Part shown: positions 25,681-39,674 of the stretch, piece after piece | Layout: every line of letters begins with the position of its first letter | Position numbering within the stretch: position 1 is the stretch's first letter | Origin: Dipteris shenzhenensis | Taxonomy: Eukaryota | NCBI GenBank assembly: GCA_047967505.1 | Contig: CM106538.1 | Length of the DNA stretch: 64,000 nucleotides | Reading direction: 5' to 3' (one strand) | Position numbers and translations under genes: made by a program | Notes under the pieces: model-generated | Seen by the model: only the letters and a program-made list of their open reading frames with translations | Told to the model about the DNA's origin: nothing | The model's database searches: none

Positions 25681-26959
25681 CATAAGTTTTAATGCCAAAG
25701 GGAAAATGTTGAGTTTTAATGATGGGAACTTCCCAACATAAGTGTTGAGAGTTGCTTTTAAGTCTTCAGGCTACATGTCAACAAGGCAGATGACATGGAA
25801 CCTTGGGCCAAATTATTTCAAGAACCTCCATTTGTGGACTTAAGAGCACGCACTCACATATGCCCTAGCACTCAAATTATTGGTAAGTCCTTTAATATCC
25901 ACCCGATCATGGACAATGTGTCAAATTTATTACAATGTGAAACATTTTAAGGCTTTTGGTTAGGTCACTCCAAATGTGGGATGAATTTCTCCCTAAAAGG
26001 TGAAGATAGTAAGTAGAGTTTTTGCAATTGACTATGGTCTTAGGAGGAAGCAAAAGGAAGCAAGAGAATGGAGAAACTAGCTAGTTGTCATTTTCATACC
26101 CCCCTAATGCCTCTCACCAATCCCTCCATTAGTATGCTCCTCTATACATTCCATTCACCCATTCTAAGGCCCTTAATCTCAACAAATTATTCTATACATA
26201 TAACTTAACCTAAGGAGAAAAGTAATTGAAAAGGCTTTTATTTTTCCAATAGAGAAATTCAATTGATTTCTTATGTGAAGATGGAGTACCCCAATAAAGT
26301 ATGTTAAAGGGATAGCTTCAAAAGTTGGAGTATCCCAATAAAGCTAATGTTAAATGGATAGCTTCAAAAGTTCATGCATAAAAAGTTCATGCAAAGGGGG
26401 GGACATCCACTTTGCACTCTCAAGCCTTACCACTAGGCGAAATGAAGACGATGGGAAAGAAGCACCATACAGGTATGATTAGAGGGGAGTAGGCCCCTCC
26501 CCTCCTAAAACAGAGGGACTTCCTCATTAATCACGCTCCTCTTTATCCCTCCCTATGCCCCTGCCTTGCTTATTTTTGCACTAATCAATACATAGATTTT
26601 GAAATCTTTCAATTGGCGGGACCGATTTTGGAAGAGGGATATCATGTATAGAATGTGTGAAAGGGACACACAAGACTAGACACAAGTGGAACTTTGTATT
26701 GCAAAGGTAAGGTTTCAAATCGCTTGTTGAGGTGCCAACAACGCCATGTGGCATGCCATTTTTCTTATTGACACATTTGTCCATAAGCTTAATTGATATC
26801 AAAATTCAAAATGACCATTGGCTAGTCCAACATTGAGACTTGACAATACATAAAATGTAAGGATTAATTCTTACTCTCCACAATACTAAATTTTGTATCT
26901 TGCAATCACAACATGGTCCTACAACACTCAAACTTCCTACCATTTAGTGGCCTAGTGAA

Positions 26960-27200
26960 GATATCATCTACTTGATAATTTGTAGTTTAAAAGATGAGAT
27001 CTACTTCTGTGTGATGCAACCTTTTCTTGTAAAAATTCAATGTGCTTTGTCTTTGCATGAAACACATGATGATAATTTGCATACCATAGACAAATTTCAT
27101 GAAACACATGAAACACATGATGATAATTTGCATACCATAGACAAATTTCATTATCACAAATATTATTTGGTATGCCAACCTCTTTGAGAAGAACAAACAT
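26960..27200 (-). pseudogene. Copia RNase H remnant containing a short tandem duplication
   Basis: ICDNEIC...VFHAKTKHIE; CATGAAACACATGATGATAATTTGCATACCATAGACAAATTTCA occurs twice (about 27056-27150). Confidence 0.65.
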
Positions 27201-28259
27201 GGCATACAAAATATCCATCCTACTAGCAACAATTTCACAATAAAGGATCCACTAAACCCCAGTGAAGCAATGCAGATAGGGAAGTTTCCACAACGGCACA
27301 AAAGGAATGATCTTAGCCAAAACCCTCCAACAACCATGACCTTTGCACAATCCAAGGGATTGAATTGAGAACTAGAAGGGGGGTATGTTAACTGATCTGG
27401 TTAAGAATATGCCACCGCTGGCTGGTAATGTCATTTGAGGGATGATGGCAACTCTGTAGAGCTAGGATTGTGCCTTGGAGCCAAGTGGACCCAAGATTAC
27501 ATAAAGAATGAAGCAAGAGAGTGGTATAAATATAATAGCATTGGCCCTTCCTTCAAAAGGTGGCATGTTTTAAAGGCCAAATGGTTGACTTGGGTCTTCG
27601 ATCATTTTATGCAAGTTTGAGGAATACAAGCTCCCTCTTCTTTTAAGAGTGTTGTTTATGTTCTTCTTGTCCTTGCCTTTGTGAAGGCCTCTCATCCCCC
27701 TTCCCCTCTCGTGCTTCTTGCCCTCCAACCCCTTCCCCTCTTATTCCCCCCTCTCCCTCTTCCATCTCCCCTGTCCCCTCGCCCCTCCCTTCTCTTCTCA
27801 TGAGGATTCACATTGGAACAACTCCAGGAGCCATTTGCATGACACTCTTGGACCGTACATGTTTGCATTGCTCCCACAAGGAGCAGTAAGGAGTAGGAGG
27901 CTCCATCAGCATTCCTTCAAGATCTCCATGACATGTGAGTCATTGCCAGACTATACACCTCCTCCACCATTTGTATTTAATTATAGCCACTGAATCCATC
28001 TAGGACATTATACATTTCATGACCCCCAACATCATCTAACAAACTGGCAGGAGAAAAGGATTTGTGATTTCACAGTTTTGGTAATCCACACAAATCCAAA
28101 GCATACCATTCCTTTTTGGGATGATGACAATGGGAGACAGCTAGATTACCTTATCAGTCAGGTAAATGAACGCCACCCGATAACATGGTTATATTACCAA
28201 TTTGGCATCCTTCTTCAAGTTAATACACCATGAAGGAGACATAAAATATGCAATGCTCA

Positions 28260-28453
28260 ATCTATTATAATGCGTACTTGAACAATACAAAGGTAAGCTT
28301 CTTATATAGAGAGAGCCTTTAGAATAGTCAAACCATGTGGGATCCTCTCATCCACATCTCTCCTTGTAGATATCCTCAATCCACATCTCCACATCATGTA
28401 GTCCACATCTTAGGGTGGCTACTTTAATCTATGTGCTCATGGCACCATATCTC
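28260..28453 (-). repeat. LTR fragment homologous to the LTR starting at 38955 (short third copy at 37288-37333)
   Basis: Reverse complement matches GAGATATGGTGCCAT...AAAGTAGCCACCCTA.GATGTGGACTACATGATGTGGAGATGTGGATTGAGGATATC...GACTATTC. Confidence 0.8.
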
Positions 28454-28598
28454 GGCAGGGATATGAGATGGGATGGTGGAGGGGAGATGGGCAATCAAAT
28501 AGGCAGATGGAAGTGGATATAAGATGGAGGGGGAAGGCATGGAGGGGATAAGAGATGGGTTGGATGGCGGGGAGATGGGGATACATACGGGGGGGTAT

Positions 28599-29523
28599 GG
28601 ATGAATTAGGGTGGATAGATAGATGAGGAGATGGAAAGAGAATTGAATTTAATGAAAGGAAAAAGGATAAGATGGAAGGGATATGTGTGAGGGAGGAGGA
28701 GAGGGAAAAAGCTAGAAATAGAGTTCAAAAGGGGATATATATGGGTTATGGAGCTAATATAGGAGTTGAGAGATGAATTTAGAGATACAGATAAGGGAAT
28801 ATGGAGGGGATATGAGATGGGATGGATGGAGGCGAGATGGGGAAGCAAATAGAGGGGATATGAGATGGGATGGATGGAGGAGACCTGGGGTGCCAACTCA
28901 CTATGTAATATGTTACTACCCTTGTCCAAAATCTTGGGTATGGGGGACAACGTCCATATATAATATGCATGGATTTCCTAAAAACATTTCAAATATGCAA
29001 TGGAAAAATATGAAAATCCCATGTCCCCCCTCCCACAAAATATAAGATATATATCTTTAAAAATATGCAAGATTTTAAGATTTGTACATATTTTTCATAA
29101 CATGTGAGGCCCAAGGGGGGGGTCTTTTGGATGAGGGGGGGAGGGGGTAAAACAAAAAATACAATAAAATATGAAAGCCCATCTCCTTTCAAATTAATGT
29201 AGCTTTTTCATGTGTTACCTAAATTTCAAGATGTAAGGACATATTTAAAGCTCTTTTAGTGTAGAACACAACCATGCTAATTTGAATAATTTATACTCAT
29301 GGGATATTGTTAAATTCATCTCATACTTAAGATTTTGATAGGTAATCTTACTAAAGGGAGTTGGCGCCCCAGGGGATGGGAGAACCTAATGGTGGGGATA
29401 TATACGAGGGGATATAAGGATGAATCAGGGTGGATAGATAGATGAGGAGATGGAAAGAGCACTAAATTCAAAGAAGGTAAAAGGAAGATATGAGATGGAA
29501 GGGATATGTGTGAGGAAGAAGGA
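28599..29523 (+). repeat. Two copies of a ~100-bp purine-rich direct repeat (about 28599-28700 and 29418-29523)
   Basis: GGATGAAT.AGGGTGGATAGATAGATGAGGAGATGGAAAGAG...AGATGGAAGGGATATGTGTGAGG present twice. Confidence 0.75.
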
Positions 29524-30378
29524 GATCCATAGATAGGAACTCGTATATGCTATTATTAAATATTGAAAGAAAAATCCATAGCTAGCATTTGAAGACAATG
29601 ACGGATGCAGTATGTGTTATTCTTCTTGGATAAAATATTCAATCATGCATGGCATTCCATTCTCAAAGATGTAGATTCTTTGTGATTGAGAGACTATGAT
29701 CTACTTATTATATTTAATTTTCTATACGTATTACGTTTGTTGCATGGGAGATGCATGTTTATACAAATCCCATAGAAATCAATGTTTATTCTTACATGTA
29801 GGCACCATTGCTATAGTAGTGCCACTTCCCTACTTAAGGATAAGGAATTTGACTTGCTTATCTCATGAAATCTTGTACCTTGTGTCATGATGCATATGTG
29901 TGTACAAAAGCAACACAGTGAAGATTTTGGGTGCTAAGAATGTAGAATAGACTAAAAGATTATGTTGACGGAGACATTTCAAAAGGTAGGATGAAAGATC
30001 CTATGATGATTTTAAAACTTGGTTTACAACCTCTCAAATTGATCTACACGCTCAAGTAGTCAACATTAGTCTTCGAGGCCTGAGGTGTCACCATTAATTC
30101 TGAGTACAAGCTTGCGAAGGGCTGTATGTTGAGATGGTGGGCTAAAGATTAGTTTTTACCTTGCAAAAGGCCCTGGACCTAGAGATACGAGAGATGCCCG
30201 AGGGAAGCATTTCCCAAAAATCAAGTGGCGAGCGTTTTCCAAAAATCAAGAGGCAATAAGTGGCGAGCAGAGTGCCTCCCTCATGCATTGCTATAACGTC
30301 ATGAAATGATGCCATGCCTCTTCTCCCACATAAGCCATCTCTAGTTATGCCATGTGTCCTCTCCCACTACCATATGTA

Positions 30379-30701
30379 TGTTGGAGTAGCATGGTGACAA
30401 GATAGAGGCAACAAGATGAACAATGAAGCTTGTTTATTCATTGAGAGAGTGTCATTATATAGACACTGGGTACATCCATAGATAATATCATATGTGAGCA
30501 TCTAGATCCCACAATCCATGAATCTTTCAATCAGACACCATACTCCTAGATTCACTCATTCACACCTACTAACTGACACATCATCATCATCTTAGATTCA
30601 GGCACACTACACACACATGTTCATGTGTTCACACACTCAATTACATGATCACTCACAACCATAGACCTTGCTATGATCCATTACATCAAATTTGTCCTTC
30701 A
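30379..30701. mobile_element. Solo LTR (323 bp)
   Basis: TGTTGG...CTTCA flanked by the 5-bp direct repeat ATGTA (30374-30378 and 30702-30706); TATA-like CTATATAA on minus. Confidence 0.7.
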
Positions 30702-31073
30702 ATGTAGTGTGTTAGCACATGGTGGGGTGGAAATTTGTATGTTAGCACATGGTGGTATTTGAAGTCCTTAGGGAATTTCTATTAGGGATTTTTTTGTAGA
30801 AATTCTAACCCTCTGCATTTGGAGGATGTCGAGGCTCAGCGGGAGGCTAATCTTCCAGCATACAGATCAGCTTTTCGTGATAGATCAACATACAAATCAG
30901 CATGCTGATCAGCATACAAATCAGCATATAGATCAGCTCCCAAAGTTGTGGATGTTGATATTCCTCAAAATCAGAGCGAAAGCTTGTGGATGTTGACTTC
31001 CCAAAGCTCTTGGATGGGATATTCACATCAAAACCAGAGCCTCCTATCGGATGGTCCACATGGTCTTCCAGTC

Positions 31074-31182
31074 GACCTTTTTCCAGCCTAGGCCATCATC
31101 AGTTGGACGAATGCCTTGACCTTTTGCCAGCCTAGGCCATCATTAGTTGGACGAATGCCTTGACCTTTTGCCAGCCTAGACC
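31074..31182. repeat. 44-bp tandem repeat, about 2.5 copies
   Basis: Unit GACCTTTTGCCAGCCTAGGCCATCATYAGTTGGACGAATGCCTT at 31074, 31118 and (partial) 31162. Confidence 0.9.
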
Positions 31183-31410
31183 TTGTTTCCTATTCAACGT
31201 GACGCTTAATGTGACTTCAATTGGACGAAGACCATCATCGGTTTCTCCCACTGCAATAAACAAAGGACCTTGGTTCGTCGACCAGGCTTGCTTTGATCGT
31301 ATCGTTCCGCTACAAAATATGCAAATGTAGGCTTCTCATCCGTCTTGCCTCTCTTGCCCTCCTTCAAAACCAGCTCCATTCTCACACAGCAACCACTCAC
31401 GAAGCGTTTC

Positions 31411-32010
31411 ATGGCAACTACCTGTTTCCCTCTTCTTATCCTGATTATCCTCCTTGCCAGCATGCTTCTGGATACTGTCGCAGGCCAGGCTTGCACCCCA
31501 GTCCCTCCGGGTTCTAGCAGCACGCCTCTGCAGGGAGCTATAAGCGTCATCAAAGGTGGAGTTTATTATCAACTCTTCGAATCCTGGGTAGCTCCATCGG
31601 TTGGCCTTGACATCGTCACCTACACAACCACTTCCATAGTGGCATTCACGGCAGCAAATATTATTATAGGTTGGACCACCTTCTATGTACTGAAGCTTGC
31701 GATCGAGCATGTCTGTCTCGCTGGTGTAATTGCTAGAACCAAATTAACACTTCGCAACACGGTCCAAAGCATCTTAGAATGGGCAGAACTTCATAGTCTA
31801 TAAGTAGACGAGACCACAAACAGTTGTGTCTTACCTACCTCTGTTACTCTGTTGCCATTGCTGCATGCAGGGATCCTATTCGAGCTCTTTGAAGGGACAG
31901 CGGTATACAACAGTGCCGTTAATGGGTGCTGGAACGTTGAGGGAAACTACGGTTTCCAGGGTGGTAGGATGATCAACTATGGCTGCGAGTGGGGACTTTT
32001 GAATGATTGG
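31411..32010 (+). pseudogene. Unknown protein with signal-peptide-like N-terminus, one in-frame stop, 3' end uncertain
   Basis: MATTCFPLLILIILLASMLLDTVAG hydrophobic leader; the frame continues past TAA (31801-31803) into ORF 31852-32208. Confidence 0.4.
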
Positions 32011-32790
32011 ATAGTGATGAAAGGATCGGCCAAAGGTCCACATAAGCTTCCCAAGAGCAAGAGAGGTGATATCTTGCCTGAGTGGAAGGCACATCTTGAA
32101 GTTCAAGTTTGGGAAGAAAGCATGGCTTGCAAAAGTGCAACATGTCTACATGGGAAAAGATATGCATCTTCCACCATTCAATCAATCGAGGATACCATCA
32201 CACTATGAGCCTTTCTATCTATATACCTGTTTCACCTGTAAGTGTAATGAGTCCATTTGGAAATCTTGTGTTTGGTTTCTAAGAGCTCTTATTCATGCCA
32301 GGTGTTTTTACTTCGGACTTTGAGGAGCAGGAACTAGTTGAGTCATTCATAGGCAAGTTCACTGCTGCGATTCATGAGGATTTAGGTAAGCAAATGCATG
32401 CAGGGGAGGAGTTGGCCTCCTTACGAAAGAAGAATGTGTATTGGCATAATGTAATATACATCACTCCAATAACATCATCAAGCTATGGCCATCTGCAAAC
32501 CAATGCACCACCAAAACTTCTGTAGAAGAATGTGGGATAGAATAGATGCATCATGGCACAAAGACAGAGAGCTCAAGTGAGGCAAAATCCATCGTATTAG
32601 AATGAAGGAACATCCTCCATTATATAGAGTGAGAGGATGGTGTAGGCACCTCCCCTATATCAGTGGCAATCAACCCCTAAGTCAATGGGATTGGTCTAAA
32701 TCAAAGGAACCTCCCATATGGGGGCCTTTGTGCTTACATCATCACTTAGGTCACATACTAGATACCTCATAGCACTAGGTGTGCTTCTAC

Positions 32791-32851
<61 letters not shown>

Positions 32852-33239
32852 GACTCCCCTAGATGCACACATGCACCTTAGAGCAAGCCCTTGATCATAC
32901 TTATCCCAACATATCCCCCCTCAAGGGTTTGCCTCTTGCTATGTCAAGGACTCTCATGGTGGTCACACATGCCATCTCATGGTGGTCAAGGATAAATCTA
33001 TGGCTAGGATCTCATGCTAGCAAAGGTGTCCAAGGGTCAAGGTTTATAAAAATGGGATAGAAAACACACATATTACATGGCCTACATCATATGGTGACCA
33101 AAGGAGGTGATTTACAAAAGATAAACACATGACATTCTTCTTGGAGTACCACTCCAGGCAGAGAACCTCAAAATTTGACCAAGTGATGATAAACAAAAAT
33201 TCAAAGACAAATTGCTCAAAAGGCAAAGTCCTTGTCTTC

Positions 33240-34064
33240 TACCACAAAGATTGATCAATGCTTCATTTGTTGATGGAGTTCTCTCTTCAACCAGATTTGT
33301 CATACTCTTCTTTTTCTCATTGCAAAACTTGTCAGAGTGATTATTCTTGCCACAATAAGAGCAAGAGTTGATTTTATAACAATCCTTCTCAAGATGATTG
33401 TTTTTCCCACAATGTTTGCATGCCTTGTACCTGCTCTTTGAAAACTTCACTGCAAGTGCTTCTGTGTGCATTTTGCCCATTCTTGAAGTGTTCTTTCTTT
33501 CCTCTTCTTGTAAGGCACTGATGATGCCCTCTAATGTGGGTTGAGGAAGATTCTTCAAAGTAGTAACCACATAGTCAAAATCTTGAGGCACACTCTTTAA
33601 GAGCACTGCCATAGCATCATCCTCAGTGACAGGAGAGTTAATTGAGGCTAGTTGTGTCATAAGACTCCTCATAGTGTTGACATGAGCAACAACATTGTCT
33701 CCCTCCATTTTAAGTTCAAAGAACTTAATTTGGAAGTATGAGAGCTAGCACCAAATAATATGTCTAACTTATGCCATGCTTCAAAAGGGGATTCCAAATT
33801 TGAAATGTGGTGTACATAATCATCTCCCAAACCTAATGCAATTATTGCATAGGCTTTCTCTATCCTTTTTGCATCTGCAGGTGTAAAAGTAGAGTTAGTG
33901 GCCTTCCCTTTACCTTTGGTTGTAGTTGATTCACCTTCCTGAGAGGATTGAATTCCTGCCTTGACTAAATCCCATAGATTTTCTTTCATATGTATAAACT
34001 TTATCTTCATCTGCCACGTATGAAAGCCTTGGCCATTGAACTTGTTGATTTTATAAGTAGCCAT
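33240..34064 (-). pseudogene. Copia gag with two zinc knuckles, frameshifted
   Basis: MATYKINKFNGQGFHTWQMKIK, LLKSVPQDFDYVVTTL, CKHCGKNNHLEKDC and CSYCGKNNHSDKFC. Confidence 0.88.
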
Positions 34065-37000
34065 GAGAGGGTCTTACCTTTTTCAGGCAGTGTCTACTCT
34101 CTTACAAAATGACTAATCTTGTTGAACAAAGAAATCTCCCTCACCATAAAAATGTAGATTGCTAGAGATAAATTCAAAAAAGCCTAATTGTTTAGCATAT
34201 TCATACCCAATTGGCTTCTCCCAAAGTTTCTTGATCTGGGTCTTCTTTACTTTGAACTTTATCCTTCTTGTAATCTTCTTCAAGTGCTTAGCATTGGAAG
34301 AACAATCAGAATTTGGCATCTTATGAATAGATTAGTCCCAACTAAAGTCCCAACTAAACTTCAATATGAAATTTCATTCTCTGATGTGTACGTTAGCATC
34401 ACTTCATTCCTCAAACATTTACTCTAGCATCAAATTTCCAAAAACTATCAAAAAATGCTTGCAAGGAAACATAGTATCTTGGAGACTTGAATTCTCACTC
34501 CACATATCTTCAGATTTGGGGCTTTGCAGGTTGAAATGAAACCTTTGGGCTTGAAGGATTTTAGAAATGAGTGAGCATAGACACTGTGTGAAGATTTTTG
34601 AAAACCCCAAACTTGTCTTGTACATATGTACATGCGTGATTTTCAACTTGTGTGTGTGCTTGATGGCGTTCAATCAGATCTTGTGTAAGCAGCTTTCGAG
34701 TACAGCATGGTATCCAATGTGATGGTGTTGATCATGGGTGACATATGTCCATCATAGTGGTCCTTTACCAAGTGTTTATAGGGTCATGAGTGATGTTCTG
34801 TATTGTGGTAAAGTCATGGGAGCACTCTTGTACTCAGTGTGGGCATTATGGATGTGTGGTTATATGTGGCAATCAAGCTTTAAAGGCTTTGATGGAAGAG
34901 TATGTGCAAGGGAAACAGTGAGCCTAAGTTGGAATATAGGCATTAATGGCCTTGGTCTAAGTTTTGGGGGAACTTTGAGAGTGGTAAAATGTAAGCATGA
35001 GGTGGATAGCTAAGGATGACATGGCTCATACAAGAGGTACATGTGCATGCAAGGTGGCTATGTGATGGAGAAGGGGATGCTTCTAGATTGATGAGATGGA
35101 AGTATGTGGGATGGCGACTGTGAGTGCGAGTCTAGGATCCTACTCGAAGGGTTGGCGATTGCTCTTGCAGGGAGCTTCTTGACCTGGTGTGGATCTCTAC
35201 TGTGGGATGGGAGTTCCTTGGATGACAGAGGGTGTGTGCTCCGTGATGAGCAGGACGGAAGCCGCGATGCAATCTACATCAAGAGAAGAGAGACAAAGCT
35301 CTTGGAGAGATTGAGAAAGCAAAGGGAGAAACATGAAGAAATAAAGCATGCCATAATGTTGCTAGAGGTCCTTCAGGTAGGTTGTCCATGAGTTAGGGAA
35401 GCCGTAGTGTCAAGTGGCCATGCAAGGAAGGACTAGAAATGACAGGAAGTTGCTTTGAGACTAGAAGACATTGGGTGTTGAGAGATCCAACCTTCGGGTG
35501 AGCAAGAGATAGATACGATGTTGGGAGTCATTGCGCGAAGGTAGAGACGGGCCATGGGGACAGCGTAGGTAGTATATGAGCGGTGGCTATAGTTTAGTGG
35601 TAAGAATTCCACATTGTGTGGGCACAAAGAGACTTGGAAGAGCTCTGTCTATTCTAAGAGCAAGGGAGAAATTGCCGTGCTCTAATTTCTTGGAGGTGAT
35701 GGTCGATGGAGTCCACGAGTGCCACAAATTTTGTGAGCAAGAGATAGCCACACTACTGAGAGAGCTTTGGAGGGTTGGGCTTGGGCAACAGAAGAGGAGA
35801 AGGTGAGGCATGGTTAGTCCTTGCTGGGAGCTTAAAGACTTGAAGGGCAATGCTAATATGTGGGTTTGGAGAAGAAGAGCTTCAAGTGCACTATGAGCAA
35901 TAGGAGAGGAGGCTGTAGGAGTTTGTTGTGGCTGGAGGATCTTGGATAGCAGGGGTGAGCTCTTCTTGAGGAGTCGGCTACTACTATTGTGAAGTGGGGT
36001 GCTTTGGATGAAGGAAAGCATGTGAGCTAGGTCCAGAGAGAGGCTATGACATTGCAGGTTCTTGAGAACATAGGGGAGAATGACTATGCAGGCATGAAAG
36101 AGAAGGGTGATGCATGAACTCCATGTGGCAAGTGCTAAGCTACAATTCTTGGATTATCACAAAAAGGTAGTGGATCCTACTTAAAGGACTAATTGTCCGA
36201 GCTGTAGCTACATGGTCTCATGAAAAGGTGTGGCTACTTTATGGCCAGATTATTTGGGGAGGGCGTAGCTCTCATTTGTGTGTTTGAGGAACTTAAATCA
36301 CAGGGGGTGCCTTGATGACATATCTCAGAAGAGAAGCCCTAGTTGGTCATAAAGGTTCATCAATTGCTTGCGACCTGTGATGAAGGGAGCTTGGCTCACC
36401 CAAAACTCAAAGAATTCCAGAGAGCTCATGGAGAATAGACAGCTTGTATATGAAATGTATAAAGTCCTTAAATAGTAGTGCATGGTGAATAGAAGTAGTT
36501 GTGGAGAATGCTTGCATAGTTGATTTCTAAAAGGTGTGGCAGTAGCACTTGAAGATCAAAGAATTGGCGTGAAGACCATTGAGAACATGTATGAAGGGCT
36601 TGCACATCCTATGATTTTGTGATCATGCTACTGGAAGTTGGTGCACTTACTTGATGTTGATGGGACAGTCCCTTTTGGTTGCATGATCATGATGACAGTT
36701 GAAAGAAGCTCTCTTGTGGGGTGTAGGTTCATAGCATGTATGGTTGTTTATACTTTGAGCTATCAGGAAGTGTTCATGGTAGTTATGCAGTTCTAAAGTT
36801 ATCATTTTCATGGGATTTATTTTTCATGGGTCTTCTATGTATTTTCTGAGCTTGATCTTAGGAGGATCTCAGTCAGTAGGAGAGCTTGTCTTGAGTTGTA
36901 TAGATCATTTGGTTGAGGTTGTATGGCTTCCAAAGGAAATGTGGCCAGAGTTTGGATTGTATATAGAGGTGTGCAGAGATAAGGATATTGAATGAATGCC

Positions 37001-38785
37001 TTTTACCTTCTGATGGTGTTGTTCACTTGCTTTGAATGTGGATTATGCTCTACTACTTTTGTCCATCCAACGCGGAATTGGATGATCAGTTGTCAGCCTC
37101 TGTTTAGATCAGTGTGGGTGATAAAGACCATCTCTAGAGGAATGCTCTGAGCCAGAGGTGCGCCCCATAGGGTAGAGTCTTCACTAGGAGGGCATGGAAA
37201 AAGACGCAAGGGATGGGGAGAACCAGAGCTAAGCCATTTTTGAAGAGGAAGGAAGAAGAAAGCTTCAAAAGGAGGTGATGGTGGAGATGTTGAGATATGG
37301 TGCCATGTGCGCATGAATTAGAGGCTAAGGTAGATTCTTGCTAATTGCTTGCTCTTGCTGCTGCTCATGGCTCCCCTCTCCCAACTTCAATCTACCTGAT
37401 TCCTCCTCAGTCATGTAGTGGTTTACTCTTTGGAATTTCAAAATGCAAGCTCATTTTGTTGCTTCATAACTATGGCCATTCCACTTGGGCTCTGTTGAAT
37501 CACTCCTCTACCTTGCTAATTTGTGAGAGGTTACTTGAGCTCTAAACTTGGGCGATTTCTCCCATCCCTTTATATTTTATGCAGATGTATCAACCATAGT
37601 TTGCGAGCCCAAAGCTTGCAATTGCCGATGGCCTAAGTGCACGACAACTCAATAGAAATAGTTGTCATTGGTGGGAACAAATCTCCTAGGTGATCTCAAC
37701 GTTGTTGCTTCCGTTGACCCAAAGCCTCGACTGCGCTAGATGCCTGAACTCCATCTGCAACTACACGGCCCATGCAAGTTACCTCTTCAACGAGCTTGGC
37801 ATACTGCTCGACCGCTGTCACATAGTCACTGCTCCACAGACCCCAACCAGGTAGCTCCTACGACTTCAAGTAGATTACTCCAACGGACTATGCCCCTTCA
37901 ACTGTGCACCTAGCAGCTTATGCAAACAACCCAGTGCTTCCCACAAACTACAGTACCCGTGACTCTTTGCAAAAGCAAAGCTTCCATCAACAACTCGAGC
38001 CTCCATGCTGATCTCTAGTGCCGCTCCTCTACGTCGTCGTCATCACCTCTTTAGAGTTTTCTTCAAAGTCTTATTTTTGCTAAGGTTCTCCAAAAAGGCC
38101 ACGTGGTAGTCACAAAAAAATGACATGGCAGATAGCTTTTGCCTTGGGTTAGTTCAAAGTAACCCTGGGTTAGTTTAGTGTGGTCAGTAAGTGTTGGTCT
38201 ACTTAACTTGAGTAGGATTAACCCTGGTCAGCAAGTAGATAGGGTTGGTCAAGACAAGTCAACCCACTATACCATGGTTAAGGTTAGGTTTAGTTAATAT
38301 GCCACCTAAGCACATAATCCCTTGCTAAGCTAAGCACAATATGGAATTCGGCATGTGAATCCTGCGCCACATCATCAAGGTTCCCTCTTCTTCATAGAAA
38401 CTTTGACAAGCCGTAACTTGCAATCTAGTAGGAATTTGGACACACTCCAAAAAGGAAAAGTGAGCATCTTTTTGAGCTCTATGCGCCTATCAAGTCAAAA
38501 TCATTGTTAGCAATTAGACATTGCCATTGAAGCAAAATGAAGCTCATGGTAAGACCTTTGCAACAAATGGAAAAGAAACACATGAATGCAAAAAGCATGC
38601 CAAAAGCACAAGTGCATGAGATAACCATAGCCCAAAACATGGCATCCACACATAAAGCATCAAGAGACATGGTAGAACAAAGCATCATGCATCAAGCTAC
38701 ATCAAGCAAAGAAGCCAACACCATCGACATCAAGCATTGAGAAGCAGCATCCTTTCCACCTTCAACCCACACGTTTGTAAATCAA

Positions 38786-39190
38786 GATTGACCACCTAAG
38801 AGTAGCGATCAAAGAACCCAGGGGAGGTATTGACATGTAAAAACCACACTTGACCACCTTAAGTAGCAATGTATGCACTAAGGGGAGGTGATGGAATGTA
38901 AACTCACATCAAACCACCTTGCAGTAGCCAATGGATCATGGCACCAAGGGGAGGTGTTGAGATATGGTGCCATGTGCACATGAATTATAGGCTAAGGTAT
39001 GCTAAGGAAAGAATTAAAGTAGCCACCCTAGGATGTGGACTACATGATGTGGAGATGTGGATTGAGGATATCCACAAGGAAAAATATGGATCAGAGGATC
39101 CCACATGTGTTGACTATTCAAAGGGCACTCTCTATATAAGAGGCCGATCATGTATTGTTGATATAAGACATTTGGAATAGATTGAGTGTT
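38786..39190 (+). mobile_element. Nested 3' end of another LTR element: three PPT-containing tandem units followed by an LTR start
   Basis: Three ~60-bp degenerate units ACCACCT...AGTAGC...AGGGGAGGT; the last is followed by TGTTGAGATATGG (38955). Confidence 0.65.
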
Positions 39191-39635
39191 TCATACTTCC
39201 TATCTCTCTCCCCATGGCTTTCCATATTTGGTTTGATCCTCTGTGATCTTTATGCTCATTAAGTGATAGATTAGGCTAGTACGATCCGCACTTTGTCAAG
39301 AGAAGATGATGAGGTGGCACTATCAAAGTGAGTTCTCCAAAGCCTACTAGCTCTAATACCAAATGTAGAAGGATGTGGGATAGAATAGATGCATCATGGC
39401 ACAAAGAGAGAGAGAGCTCAAGTGAGGCAAAATCCATTGTATAAGAATGAAGAAACATTCTCCATTATATAGAGTGAGAAGATGGTGTAGGCACCTCCCC
39501 TATATCAGTGGCAATCAGCCCCTACATCAGTGGGATTGGCCTAAATCAAAGGAACCTCCCATGTGGGGGCCTTTGTGCTTACATCATCACTTAGGTAACA
39601 CACTAGACACCTCATAGCACTAGGTGTGCTTCTAC

Positions 39636-39674
<39 letters not shown>

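Noticed and set aside
26095-26115. CCCTAATG as the missing second end of element B
   Set aside because: The match is only 8 bp, with no further similarity to 49771-49800 and no TGTAT duplication.
27386-28041. Solo LTR (TGTTAA...CTAACA after a purine run)
   Set aside because: The ends are plausible, but there is no TSD and no second copy in the window.
31074-31182. CRISPR-like array
   Set aside because: Head-to-tail 44-bp repeats without unique spacers, eukaryotic context, no cas genes.
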